NCBI GenBank assembly: GCA_963666515.2
Contig: OY762897.2
Location: 2,016,001 to 2,080,000 of the forward strand
Reading direction: 5' to 3'
Source of the DNA: Candidatus Binatia bacterium
Lineage (GTDB): Bacteria; Desulfobacterota; Binatia; UBA9968; JAJDTQ01
DNA length: 64,000 bases
Position numbers and translations under genes: made by a program
Shown here: positions 8,267 to 17,968 of the stretch, one piece after another
Layout: each line of letters starts with the position of its first letter
How positions within the stretch are numbered: position 1 is the stretch's first letter
The notes under the pieces: model-generated
Told to the model about the DNA's origin: nothing
The model's input: the letters and a program-made list of their open reading frames with translations, nothing else
Databases searched by the model: none

Positions 8267-10366
8267 CTACTCGTATCGCAACGCTTCGATGGGGTTAAGG
8301 CGCGCGGCGCGGTTGGCGGGCTGGAAGCCGAAGAACACGCCGATGGCGGCGGCGAAGGCGAAGGCCAACAGAATCGCGCCGGGCGAGATGACGATCTGCC
8401 AGCCGCCCATGTAGGAGAGCCCCAAAGAGGCGGCGGCGCCGGCGAGGATGCCGACGGCGCCCCCCAGGAGGCTCAGGACCATGGCCTCGGTGAGGAACTG
8501 GCGGCGGATGTCGCGCCGCCTGGCCCCGATGGCCAGCCGCACGCCGATCTCCCGGGTGCGCTCGGTCACCGACACCAGCATGATGTTCATGATGCCGATG
8601 CCGCCGACGATGAGCGCCACCCCGGCGATGCCGGCGAGGAGGTAGCCCAGGGTGCTGGCGGCCTCGTTGGCCGCCTCCAGGATGTCGGTGCGGTTGCGGA
8701 CCCGGAAGTCGTCCAGCTTGGTGCCGGTGATCTTGTGGCGCACCCTCAACAGGGCGGTGATGCCGTCCTGTACGTCGGACGTGGCCTGCCTGCTCTCGGC
8801 GCTGACCTCGATGCCGCGCACGTAACGAATCCCCAGGAGCTTCCGCTGCGCCGTTCTCAGCGGGACGATGACGATGTCGTCGAGGTCGCCGGCCCACGAG
8901 GACGTCCCCCGCTCCTTGAGCACGCCCACCACCTCGAAGGGGATGTGCTTGACCCTGATGGTCTGTCCTATCGGATAGTCGTCGCCGAACAGCTCCTTGC
9001 CCACGGTCCGGCCGATCAGGGCCACCTTCCGGTTCAGCAGCATGTCGTCGTCGGTGAAGTTGGACCCCGACTCGACGCCCCAGTTCATGATCTGGAGGTA
9101 GTCGGGGGTGGTGCCGGTGAAGGGCGGATGCCAGTTCTTGTTGCCGTAGACCACCTGGGCGGAGCCCCGGACATGAGGCGCCACCCGGACCACGCCCGGC
9201 ACCTCCGCGAGGATGGCGTTGGCGTCCGCCTGCGTGAGCGTCGTGATCCGTGCGCCCCGCACGCGGCGGCCGCCTCGGGTCACCGTTCCGGCATAGACTG
9301 ACACGCGGTTGCTGCCGAGACGCTCCATCTGCTTGGCGACCCTGGCCTTGGCGCCTTCTCCGATGGCCACCATGGCGATGACCGCGCCGACGCCGATGAT
9401 GACTCCCAGCATGGTCAGCGCCGACCGGAGCTTGTTCACCCGGATGGCCCGTAGCGCGATGCGGACGTTGGCGCGGACGCCCGCTCCCAGACGCCTCCTG
9501 CGATAGCGGGGGCCGCCGCCGTTGTCCTCCCCGCCGCCGCCCTGACCCGCGCCGTTGCCGTCATGGGCCCCGCCGCCGTCGCCGGCGCCCGCGGCGTCGC
9601 CGTCTCCGGCGTCCTCGCTCTCGGGCGCGGCATGGACCTCGGCGGGTTGCCCCGGCGCAGCCGACCCCACTCGGCTGCTTGCCTCCTCGCGTTCCACCAA
9701 GCCGTCCTTGAAATGGATGACGCGCTGCCCGTGCGAAGCCACCTCGGGATCGTGGGTCACGAAGACGATGGTGATGCCCTTCTCCCGGTTGAGGGTCTTG
9801 AACAACTCGATGATCTCGGCGCCGGTCTGGGTATCGAGGTTGCCTGTGGGCTCGTCCGCCAGGATGATCCGGGGGTCGTTGAGCAGCGCCCGGGCGATGG
9901 CCACCCGCTGCTGCTGGCCGCCGGACAACTGGGTGGGGCGGTGCGTCACCCGATCTCCCAGACCCACCAGCTCCAGCATCTCCCGCGCCTTGCGGCGTCC
10001 CTCGGCGCTCGGCACTCCGTTGTAGAGGGACGGCAGCTCGGCGTTCTCCAGGGACGTGGTGCGGGCCAGGAGGTTGTAGTTCTGGAAGACGAAACCGATC
10101 TCGTGGTTGCGGAGCGCGGCCATGTCGTCGGACGACAGGCTGCCCACGTCGTTGCCGTTGAGGCTGTACTCGCCGGAGGTGGGCCGGTCGAGGCAGCCCA
10201 GCAGGTTCATGAGCGTCGACTTGCCGGAGCCGGAAGGCCCCATGAGCGCGACGATCTCGCCGGCGAAGATGCGAAGGGAGACGCCCTTCAGCGCCTCCAC
10301 CTTCTGCTCGCCGAGATCGTAGACCTTGGTGAGGTCCTCGACTTCGATGACGGCCTGCCGTTCCAC
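8267..10366 (-). CDS. macB: MacB-family ABC transporter, fused ATPase and permease
   Basis: GPSGSGKST Walker A, LSGGQQQRVAIARAL, ADEPTGNLD; permease motifs RSALTMLGVIIGV, GGIGIMNIMLVSVTERTREIG. Confidence 0.92.
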   Translation of the reverse strand: MERQAVIEVEDLTKVYDLGEQKVEALKGVSLRIFAGEIVALMGPSGSGKSTLMNLLGCLDRPTSGEYSLNGNDVGSLSSDDMAALRNHEIGFVFQNYNLLARTTSLENAELPSLYNGVPSAEGRRKAREMLELVGLGDRVTHRPTQLSGGQQQRVAIARALLNDPRIILADEPTGNLDTQTGAEIIELFKTLNREKGITIVFVTHDPEVASHGQRVIHFKDGLVEREEASSRVGSAAPGQPAEVHAAPESEDAGDGDAAGAGDGGGAHDGNGAGQGGGGEDNGGGPRYRRRRLGAGVRANVRIALRAIRVNKLRSALTMLGVIIGVGAVIAMVAIGEGAKARVAKQMERLGSNRVSVYAGTVTRGGRRVRGARITTLTQADANAILAEVPGVVRVAPHVRGSAQVVYGNKNWHPPFTGTTPDYLQIMNWGVESGSNFTDDDMLLNRKVALIGRTVGKELFGDDYPIGQTIRVKHIPFEVVGVLKERGTSSWAGDLDDIVIVPLRTAQRKLLGIRYVRGIEVSAESRQATSDVQDGITALLRVRHKITGTKLDDFRVRNRTDILEAANEAASTLGYLLAGIAGVALIVGGIGIMNIMLVSVTERTREIGVRLAIGARRRDIRRQFLTEAMVLSLLGGAVGILAGAAASLGLSYMGGWQIVISPGAILLAFAFAAAIGVFFGFQPANRAARLNPIEALRYE

Positions 10367-10369
10367 CGC

Positions 10370-11800
10370 TCAGAGGCCTCCGAGGATCCGCGAGCGTACG
10401 CGGGCGGTGGTGTTGGTGGCGCGTTTCATGGCCTCGGAGCGGATGCCCACGATGACCTGGTCACCCGCTTCGAGACCGGAGACGATCTCCATGTTCTTGG
10501 CGTCGGTAGCGCCGAAACGGATGCGCGCCCGGGCGGGCTTGTCGTCGCGGTAGACCCAGACGGCGCCCCTGCCCTCCAGCAGCCACCGGCGCCTCTGCTC
10601 GGGGGTGGGCCGGCCGCGACGGCGCCCGCCGCCGCGTCTGGGCATGTCGGGGTAGAGCTGGCGGATATCGCGACCGCTGACCCTCAGAGCGGCGCCGGGA
10701 ACGATGAGCACGTCCTGCCGCCTGGCCAGAATGATGGTGACGTTGGCGGTCATGCCCGGCTTCAGGGCCAGGTCGTCGTTGCGCACCCGGATCTCGGTGT
10801 CGTAGGTGACGACGTTGTCCTTGATCAGCGGCGACGGGAAGATGCGCACCACCTTGCCCTTGAAGGTCCGGCCGGGGTACGAGTCCACCTGGAACTCCAC
10901 CTCCTGATCCACCTCCACCTTGCCGATGTCCGCTTCGTCGACGAAGGCGGAAACCTTCATCTCCTCAAGCTCGGCGATCTTCACCAGCGGCGGCGACGAC
11001 AGGCTGGCGGCCACCGTCTGACCGGCTTCCACGGTCTTCTGGATCACCACGCCGGAGATGGGCGCCCGGATGACGCTGCGGTTGAGCCGCACCCGCGCCA
11101 TCTCCAGCTCGGCCTGCGCCTGCTGCACGTCCGCGCGGAAGCCGGCGATGGCCGCCTGCTTGACCTTCACCTCGTCCACCCGCGCGGACTCCTCCTTGAA
11201 ACGGGCCCCGGCCCGCTCGTACTCCGCCTTGATGGACTCGTACTGGTCGCGCGAGATGAGGTTCCGGCCCACGAGGTCCTTGTTGCGCCGGTGCTTCTCC
11301 TCCAGGTTCTCCAACGCCGCCCGGGTGCCCTCGATGCTGGCCGCCACCCGGGACTTCAGCATCTCCACCCCGGCCAGTTCCTTGGCGAGATTGGCCTTGG
11401 CCTTGGCCACCTTGGCCTCGGCCTGCAGCACCTGCGCCCGGAACAGGTCCTGGTCGAGCCGCGCGACGAGGTCGCCCTTCTCGACTCTCAACGGCACGTC
11501 CACCGGAAGGTCCTTGATGGTGCCCGACACCTGGGTGGACACGGTCACCGACGAAACCGGGTTCACCGTACCGGTGGTGGTGATGCGGGAGAAGATATCG
11601 CCGGTCTCGACCTTGGCGAGCCGGAAGGGAAACACTTCCTTCTCTTCCGCTGGAAGGAACCTGCCCGTCAGCGAAGAAAGCTGCCCGCGTACCGATCCGA
11701 CGCTGCTCTCCACCAGCGCCGGATCATACCAGAACAGCCCCGCGCCCCCCGCTCCCAACAGGACCAGGACCAGGGCAAGTGTCCACAAGAAACGCTTCAT
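10370..11800 (-). CDS. macA: MacA-like periplasmic adaptor (membrane fusion protein)
   Basis: N-terminal TM, VSTQVSGTI, IRAPISGVVI, GQTVAASL, VDEADIGKV, LKPGMTANV; directly upstream of macB. Confidence 0.88.
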   Translation of the reverse strand: MKRFLWTLALVLVLLGAGGAGLFWYDPALVESSVGSVRGQLSSLTGRFLPAEEKEVFPFRLAKVETGDIFSRITTTGTVNPVSSVTVSTQVSGTIKDLPVDVPLRVEKGDLVARLDQDLFRAQVLQAEAKVAKAKANLAKELAGVEMLKSRVAASIEGTRAALENLEEKHRRNKDLVGRNLISRDQYESIKAEYERAGARFKEESARVDEVKVKQAAIAGFRADVQQAQAELEMARVRLNRSVIRAPISGVVIQKTVEAGQTVAASLSSPPLVKIAELEEMKVSAFVDEADIGKVEVDQEVEFQVDSYPGRTFKGKVVRIFPSPLIKDNVVTYDTEIRVRNDDLALKPGMTANVTIILARRQDVLIVPGAALRVSGRDIRQLYPDMPRRGGGRRRGRPTPEQRRRWLLEGRGAVWVYRDDKPARARIRFGATDAKNMEIVSGLEAGDQVIVGIRSEAMKRATNTTARVRSRILGGL

Positions 11801-11977
11801 CCGTGTCGCTCCGGTTTCGCCACGATGCTCAAACCCTTCTCATTAGACTGCGGAGGGTTTCACTGAGCGCTATTCCGCATCTCCGTTGGTACATTGTACC
11901 GCCCATGACGGGCAAAAGGGAACCGTAGAAGGAGAGCCCTACGACCCGGGATCAGGGTCCATTGAGTTGACGGAAGT

Positions 11978-12410
11978 CTACACGGCGAGGTCGAGAGGAA
12001 GATCCGCGATATCCTTCAGGCGTTTCCCCTCGACCATGATTTGAAGCATCTCCTGAGCGTCTGTAAGGTCAAGTTCATCGAGGGTTTCCCGGAGCTCGGG
12101 TAAAGCAAAGGAATAGACACAATCAATGTCACCTGTCCCGAGGGCGAGAGAGGCCAACCGGCTTGGCAGAGGCTCGGAGGAAATCGACGCATAGTTCCTC
12201 GAACCGATTACCGGCCTGCTGACCGGCCAACCGTGCGCCTCGTGCCCCGCTTCCAATCCGTTTCGCGATACCGCTTGCGATGCGCACGCTGTTCTTGTGG
12301 TTGCGATCCGCATTACTGGCAATGCCGGAAGCATCGATCCGCAGAACCGAATTGAGCAGCGCGGCATGGAACGCCTTGCGCGACTCCGAGAAGAGAGCCG
12401 TGTCACTCAT
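11978..12410 (-). pseudogene. NgoMIV-family type II restriction endonuclease, internally deleted and frameshifted
   Basis: N-terminal frame (SNAD...IASGIA...LAGQQAGNRFEELCVDFL) and C-terminal frame (EPLPSRLASLALGTGDIDCVYSFAL...GKRLKDIADLPLDLAV) both match NgoMIV as I recall it; they join out of frame at ~12171-12180 with the central catalytic part absent. Confidence 0.85.
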
Positions 12411-12437
12411 CGCGTGGTCATGGCCCATACGGGGCGG

Positions 12438-13790
12438 TTACGGCTTGAGAAGGCCGAGGACATATTCTTCGTGCATGCGTTGCTCGATCATCGAGCCGGA
12501 CTGCCTTCCGAAGCGGGCCGGCATCATGCGCCTGTCGCGGTCCAGCCGGCGGGGCACGACCCCCACGACGTCGAATCCGACTTGAGCCGCGATGGCCGCC
12601 AGACAGGTGTGCGTCTCAACGTCGATGCCGCGCATCATCGATGATCCCACCACGAGAATGGCGGCAGCCTGGCGATGAAGCACGCGGTTCATCTCCGTGA
12701 ACACGGCCGTCATTTCCGTGAAATACTTGCGTAGAATCCTGCTCTTGCTTCCGTCGAGCTGCGCCAGTTGGGTAATGATGCGCTCCGGCTTCTCGGGGAG
12801 GGAAGCGAGCTGCGCGCCCTTGAGACGTTCCGAGCCGATATACGTGGAGCGCAACTCGGACAACTCCCCCACGGACCTGCCGAGCCACACCAGGGAGAAC
12901 TTGTGGGCGCGCATATAGTCGATGGCGTTGGCATAGGGCGGTGAGGTCACGATGAGGTCGACAACCCCATCGGCAAACGGCATCGCCGTGGCATTGGCAT
13001 ACAGGGGTGTTGACCCGGAACCGCAGGGCAATTCAGCCATGCTGGTGAGATTCTTTTGCAGGCGCAACGAGAACTGCTCGATGGCTTTCCTTGGGACCTT
13101 GTCACGATCGAGGTGAGGGCGGCTGTGGGCGAGGTCGCGAGCCCGGGTAACGCCTCCGGACTTGGTAATGATGGTCGCGGAAAACACGAGCTCGAAGAAA
13201 CGACGCACCGACGGGTCGGCCACGGACTCGATGGCCAACACCAGGGCCATGAGTTCATGCTGCGTCCTGGGGAGGAACCAGTAGTCCACAAACGCTCTGG
13301 TGCGCGTATCGAACCGCTGCGCGAGATGTCGTCCGACGGCTTCCTTCTTCGCCAGCGAGAGGGCCTGCGCAACCACCTCCTGGGCGACGTTCCGAAGACT
13401 TGCAAGCTGTAGCGGCACGGTCTTGGCCTGACACAGCCGCAATGCCAGCGGGTCGATGTCAAGCCCGATCCCCCTGCGCCCTGCGAGCATCGCTTCGACC
13501 AGCGTAGTGCCCGACCCCATCATGGGATCCAGGACGATGTCTCCCGGGGAACTCAGCCCGCGAATGAAAACTCGCGGAAGCTGCGGGGGGAACTTCGCAG
13601 CGAAGGCATGAAGTTGATGTGAGGCATAGTTGCCGTTTTCGCCACGAAAATTCAGGTCGCCCTGCAACAGCGCCGCGAGTTGCGGACGCTGGCCGCGCCC
13701 TTCCTGATGCGACGCAGGGTCAGGAAGGGAGGGGGAGGGACCGGAGTCCTCAAAGAATGACAGTTGGTCTTCTGGAATCCGTGGGGACAT
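12438..13790 (-). CDS. DNA amino-methyltransferase (probably N4-cytosine, alpha motif order)
   Basis: HAFAAKFPPQL, VLDPMMGSGTT (motif I) precedes DLIVTSPPY (motif IV); adjacent to REase relic. Confidence 0.88.
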   Translation of the reverse strand: MSPRIPEDQLSFFEDSGPSPSLPDPASHQEGRGQRPQLAALLQGDLNFRGENGNYASHQLHAFAAKFPPQLPRVFIRGLSSPGDIVLDPMMGSGTTLVEAMLAGRRGIGLDIDPLALRLCQAKTVPLQLASLRNVAQEVVAQALSLAKKEAVGRHLAQRFDTRTRAFVDYWFLPRTQHELMALVLAIESVADPSVRRFFELVFSATIITKSGGVTRARDLAHSRPHLDRDKVPRKAIEQFSLRLQKNLTSMAELPCGSGSTPLYANATAMPFADGVVDLIVTSPPYANAIDYMRAHKFSLVWLGRSVGELSELRSTYIGSERLKGAQLASLPEKPERIITQLAQLDGSKSRILRKYFTEMTAVFTEMNRVLHRQAAAILVVGSSMMRGIDVETHTCLAAIAAQVGFDVVGVVPRRLDRDRRMMPARFGRQSGSMIEQRMHEEYVLGLLKP

Positions 13791-14028
13791 GGTATCCGTG
13801 TGGAGACACGATGCTCTTGAAACAACGTCCGACACCCTGGAGGCCTGCCCCACTGAAGCGGGGGCGGTAAAGAGGCCTTAAACAATTCATCGGCAGGTTC
13901 GGGCCGTTCTTTAGTCTCAGCGGACCCGAATATCAGTGTAGAAGGGTACACCAACGGGGCTGGTCGGGCAAGCAGGAGTCCCGTCCACCCGGCAACCTGG
14001 TCGATGAACTCGCGCGGAGGCGACGCCC

Positions 14029-14907
14029 ATGTTCAGCACACGCTACGACTACAGTCCGATCATCCACCGGCCGCGTCTGGAGTGGCCGGGCGGGGCGCGG
14101 GTGGCGCTCTGGCTGGGTCCCAACATCGAGTGCTTTCACATCGACAAGTCGCTGCCGCGGGTCCCCGAGCCGGTGCCGGACGTGCAGTCCTACACGCTCA
14201 GGGACTACGGGTCGCGGGTGGGGGTGTTCCGCATGATGGAGGTGTTCGACCGCTACGGCATGCGCGCGAGCGTACTGCTGAACGCCGAAGTCTGCTCGCA
14301 GCACCCGGCCATCATCGAGGAGGGCAACAAGCGCTCCTGGGAGTGGCTGGGCCACGGCATGAACAACAACACGCGGATGAACTCCTACGGCGCCAAGAAG
14401 CAGCGCAAGGTCATCCGCAAGGTCCGCGACATCATCACCCACGCCACCGGCAAGGCGCCCAAGGGCTGGCTGGGTCCGGGACTCTCGGAGACCTACGACA
14501 CGCCGGACTTTCTGGCCGCGGAAGGGTTCGAGTACGTGTGCGACTGGGGCTGCGATGATCAGCCGGTGCCCATGCGCGTCGAGGCCGGGCGCATGATCAC
14601 GGTGCCGTACCAGCAGGGCATCAACGACATCTCCATGTTCGTCCACGCCAACCACACGCCCGCGGACTACTACCGGATCGTCTGCGACCAGTTCGACACC
14701 CTCTACCGCGAGGGCGAGAACGGCGGACGGGTCATGTGCATCCCGCTGCACCCGTACGTGACGGCCATGCCTTTTCGCATCGGCGCCCTGGACCGGGCGC
14801 TGGACTACATCTGCTCCCACGAAGGCGTCTGGAAGACCACCGCGGGCGAGATCGCGGACTGGTACTACCAGCACTACTACGAGGCGCCGGGCAAGCTGGA
14901 CGGCTGA
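14029..14907 (+). CDS. Polysaccharide deacetylase family (PuuE-like) hydrolase
   Basis: WPGGARVALW, DYGSRVGVFR, WEWLGHG, KGWLGPGLSET, DDQP, PLHPY. Confidence 0.88.
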   Translation: MFSTRYDYSPIIHRPRLEWPGGARVALWLGPNIECFHIDKSLPRVPEPVPDVQSYTLRDYGSRVGVFRMMEVFDRYGMRASVLLNAEVCSQHPAIIEEGNKRSWEWLGHGMNNNTRMNSYGAKKQRKVIRKVRDIITHATGKAPKGWLGPGLSETYDTPDFLAAEGFEYVCDWGCDDQPVPMRVEAGRMITVPYQQGINDISMFVHANHTPADYYRIVCDQFDTLYREGENGGRVMCIPLHPYVTAMPFRIGALDRALDYICSHEGVWKTTAGEIADWYYQHYYEAPGKLDG

Positions 14908-14917
14908 GGATACGGGA

Positions 14918-15730
14918 ATGACGAAGGAGTGGTCGACCCTGGTGCTGGAACGGCCCGCGGCGGGCGTGGTGCGGCTCAGCTTCAACCGGCCCGAGAAGCG
15001 CAACGCCCTCAACCGGGTGCTGACCGGCGAGATCCTCGACGCCCTCGAAACGGTGCGGGCGGACCCTGAGGTCCGGGTCGTCATCACCCGGGGCAACGGC
15101 CCGTGCTACTGCGCCGGCGCCGACCTCCACGACCTGCGCACGCTTCACAAGGAACCGCCGCGAGACTGGGACCGTTCCCATCCGAACCTCATGTTCTACG
15201 AGAGCTTCCGAAACTACCCCAAGGTCACCATCGCCCAAGTGCACGGCCACTGCCTGGGCGGCGGCATGGCGCTCATGACCGCCCACGACATCGCCCTGGC
15301 CGCGGACACCGCCAAGATCGGCATGCCCGAGATCCTGCGCGGAAGCTTCGGGCAGATGGCGCTCAGTTCCCTGTATCACACCGGCATCACGGCCAAGAAG
15401 GCCGCCCTGATGCACTTCAGCGGCCGGAACTTCTCGGGGACCGAGGCGGACCGCTTCGGGCTGGTGTCGGCGTCGGTGCCCGAGGCCGAACTGGAGGAGG
15501 TGACCCTCAAGCTCGCCGGGGAGATCGGCACGCGCCATCCCGCGGCCCTGGCCTGCGCCAAGATCGCGGTGCAGGTGGGCAAGGACCTCCCGCTGTCCCA
15601 AGCCCTGCGCACGGACCAACTCGTGGCCGCGCGCCAGCAGTTGATGATGGATTCGTTCTCGGACGTGGAGGACTATCTGCGCTCCCAGAGCGGCGGCACC
15701 AACACCGGCTACCGGCGCGACGATAGCTAG
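14918..15730 (+). CDS. Enoyl-CoA hydratase/isomerase family (resembles hydroxycinnamoyl-CoA hydratase-lyase)
   Basis: FNRPEKRNAL, YCAGADL, TIAQVHGHCLGGG, GMPEI. Confidence 0.85.
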   Translation: MTKEWSTLVLERPAAGVVRLSFNRPEKRNALNRVLTGEILDALETVRADPEVRVVITRGNGPCYCAGADLHDLRTLHKEPPRDWDRSHPNLMFYESFRNYPKVTIAQVHGHCLGGGMALMTAHDIALAADTAKIGMPEILRGSFGQMALSSLYHTGITAKKAALMHFSGRNFSGTEADRFGLVSASVPEAELEEVTLKLAGEIGTRHPAALACAKIAVQVGKDLPLSQALRTDQLVAARQQLMMDSFSDVEDYLRSQSGGTNTGYRRDDS

Positions 15731-16899
15731 ACGGCGTCCTTCGACTTCGCTTGGCTACGCCCCGCAGCGTCGCCCTCCGCTGTCAGGGAAGCGCCGGCCC
15801 TCAGCACCTCCGCGGCCTGCCGTACCATCGCCTGCACGATCTCGGCCGCGGGCCGCACGTCCTTCTCGCCCAGCAGTCCGGCGATCTGTCCGCCCGGCAC
15901 GCTCATGACGTCCACCCGGCTTCCCTGCTCCGCGGCCACCCGGAACTGGTCGTTGAGCACGCCCTGGAACGGCATCTCCAGCGGCTGCAGGCCCGATTCC
16001 TCCCACTTGCGGATCACCGGGCTGCGGTAGTGGCGGCTGGGCTTGCCGCTGGGATAGCGGTCGAGAACGAAGTCCTCGGTGCGGCCCCCGATGAGCTGGC
16101 TCTTGTAGTCGGCGTGTATCTCGCTCTCGGCGCTGGCCAGGAAGACCGTGCCGCACCACACGCCCACCGCGCCGAGGCTCAGCGCCGCCGCCAGGCCCCG
16201 GCCGTCGGCAATGCCTCCGGCCACCACCACGGGGGTGGGCTTCACCGCGTCCACCACCTGGGGTATCAGCGGGAAATTGGCGATTCTCCCCGTATGGCCG
16301 CCAGCCTCGTAGCCCTGGGCGATGACCACGTCCACGCCGTTGGCGGCGTGCCCCACCGCCTGCTTCACGTTGCCGCAGAGCGCCAGCACCTTCATGCCGC
16401 GCTCGTGAGCCAGCGGCACAACCTGGGCAGTGTCGCCGAGCCCCACCGCCAGCACCCGGACGCCCTCCTCCAGGATCACGTCCAGTTGCCGTTGCACCAT
16501 GTCCGGCGTCTTGACCTTGGACCACGGGTCGGGGCCCTGGGTCTCCAGCCCGAACTCCTCGATGGCCTCTCGCACGAACTCCACGTGATCGGGGTGGGTC
16601 CGCTCCAGGAACTCCCGGACGTTGCCGACGTCCGCGTAGGGCGTCTGCGCCAGCCGCGGCAGGGTGATGTCCACGCCGAAGGGCCGGTCGGTCAGCTCGC
16701 GGGTGGCGCGGATGCGCTCCCGGATGAACTCCGGCTGGAGCGGGCTGCCGCCGATGACGCCCAGGCCGCCGGCGTCGGACACCGCTGCCACCAGCTTCGG
16801 CGGGGTCGTGGAGCCGCGGCTGTCCCAGCCCATACCCGCCTGGATGATCGGGTGCTCGATGCCGAGCACGTCGCACAGAGAAGTCTTGAGTTTCGCCAT
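15727..16899 (-). CDS. Nitronate monooxygenase / FabK-like flavoprotein
   Basis: LGIEHPIIQAGMG, LVAAVSDAGGLG, AQGYEAGGHTG, AGGIADGRGLAAALSLGAVGVWCGT. Confidence 0.9.
   Translation of the reverse strand: MAKLKTSLCDVLGIEHPIIQAGMGWDSRGSTTPPKLVAAVSDAGGLGVIGGSPLQPEFIRERIRATRELTDRPFGVDITLPRLAQTPYADVGNVREFLERTHPDHVEFVREAIEEFGLETQGPDPWSKVKTPDMVQRQLDVILEEGVRVLAVGLGDTAQVVPLAHERGMKVLALCGNVKQAVGHAANGVDVVIAQGYEAGGHTGRIANFPLIPQVVDAVKPTPVVVAGGIADGRGLAAALSLGAVGVWCGTVFLASAESEIHADYKSQLIGGRTEDFVLDRYPSGKPSRHYRSPVIRKWEESGLQPLEMPFQGVLNDQFRVAAEQGSRVDVMSVPGGQIAGLLGEKDVRPAAEIVQAMVRQAAEVLRAGASLTAEGDAAGRSQAKSKDAV
15731..15760 (-). repeat. REP-like element (family C) inside the 3' end of the nitronate monooxygenase gene
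   Basis: Reverse complement GCGTAGCCAAGCGAAGTCGAAGGACGCCGT matches 36619-36648 at 27/30 nt. Confidence 0.75.
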
Positions 16900-17086
16900 T
16901 GCCGCGCTCCGGTCCGTGTATCCGCGTCCCTGGTCATCTAACGCGAACCGGCAGGCATTGCCAATGGCCACCGCGTTCCGGCGTCGTGGACAGCCGGAAC
17001 CAACCGTGTTAGGAGCCTGTGCCAACGGGCTTGAACCGATTTTGAATCGATTGCCCGGCAACACGGTCAACTCACGAGGACACGCC

Positions 17087-17962
17087 ATGGAGAACCGCCG
17101 CTACGACTATCAGCCCATCACCGGCCGTCCCAGGCTCCGCTGGCCCGACGATGCCAGAATCGCGGTCTGGGTGAGCCCCAACATCGAGTACTTCCACATC
17201 GACGAGCCCATTCCCAACTTCGGCATGTCCCGGATACCGGACGTGCGCGGCTACTCGCAACGCGACTACGGCGCGCGGGTCGGCGTCTTCAGGATGATGG
17301 AGGTGCTCGACAAGCACGGCGTCCGGGCCAGCGCCCAGTTGAACTCCGAGTGCTGCATCCACCACCGGGAAATCATCGACGAGGGGGTCAAGCGGGACTG
17401 GGAGTGGTTGGGACACGGCATCACCAACAACCGGCCCTTGACCTCGTATGTCGCCGCGGAGGAGCGCTCCATCATACGCCAGGTGCGAAACGAGATCGCC
17501 GAGGCGACCGGACAGGCGCCGCGGGGCTGGCTCGGACCGGCCCTGGCCGAGACCTTCGACACCCCGGACCACCTGGCGGCGGTGGGCTTCGACTACCTTT
17601 GCGACTGGGGCTTCGACGACCAGCCCGTCCCCATGCGCGTCCAGAGCGGCCGCATGATCGTCGTGCCCTACGAGCAGGGCCTGAACGACATCAACTTTTT
17701 CCTGCGCTCCAACTACACCCCCGGCGAGTACCTGCGGCAGGTCTGCGACCAGTTCGACGTGCTATACCGGGACGGCGAACAAAGCGGCACCGTCCTGTGC
17801 CTCCCCCTGCACCCGTTCATCATAGGAGTCCCCCTCCGCATCAAGTACCTCGACCTCGCCCTGGAATACATCCGCTCCCACGACGGCGTCTGGCTTACCA
17901 CCGGCGGGGAGATTGCGGAGTGGTACTATGAGCACTACTACGAGGATCCGGGGAAGCCGTAG
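17087..17962 (+). CDS. Polysaccharide deacetylase family (PuuE-like) hydrolase, paralog of 14029-14907
   Basis: RYDYQPI, WPDDARIAVW, DYGARVGVFR, WEWLGHG, GWLGP, DDQP, PLHPF; GAGGA SD. Confidence 0.88.
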   Translation: MENRRYDYQPITGRPRLRWPDDARIAVWVSPNIEYFHIDEPIPNFGMSRIPDVRGYSQRDYGARVGVFRMMEVLDKHGVRASAQLNSECCIHHREIIDEGVKRDWEWLGHGITNNRPLTSYVAAEERSIIRQVRNEIAEATGQAPRGWLGPALAETFDTPDHLAAVGFDYLCDWGFDDQPVPMRVQSGRMIVVPYEQGLNDINFFLRSNYTPGEYLRQVCDQFDVLYRDGEQSGTVLCLPLHPFIIGVPLRIKYLDLALEYIRSHDGVWLTTGGEIAEWYYEHYYEDPGKP

Positions 17963-17968
17963 AGCTCC

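Noticed and set aside
9563-11866. 767-aa plus-strand ORF and similar long antisense ORFs (4200-6026, 22950-24746, 47742-50054, 51124-52842)
   Set aside because: Each overlaps well-supported genes on the opposite strand or in another frame and lacks recognisable motifs
11925-13945. GTAGAAGG direct repeat flanking the R-M relic (11925-11932 and 13938-13945) as a target-site duplication
   Set aside because: An 8-bp match between two ~200-bp intergenic regions is plausible by chance; no integrase, transposase or tRNA nearby
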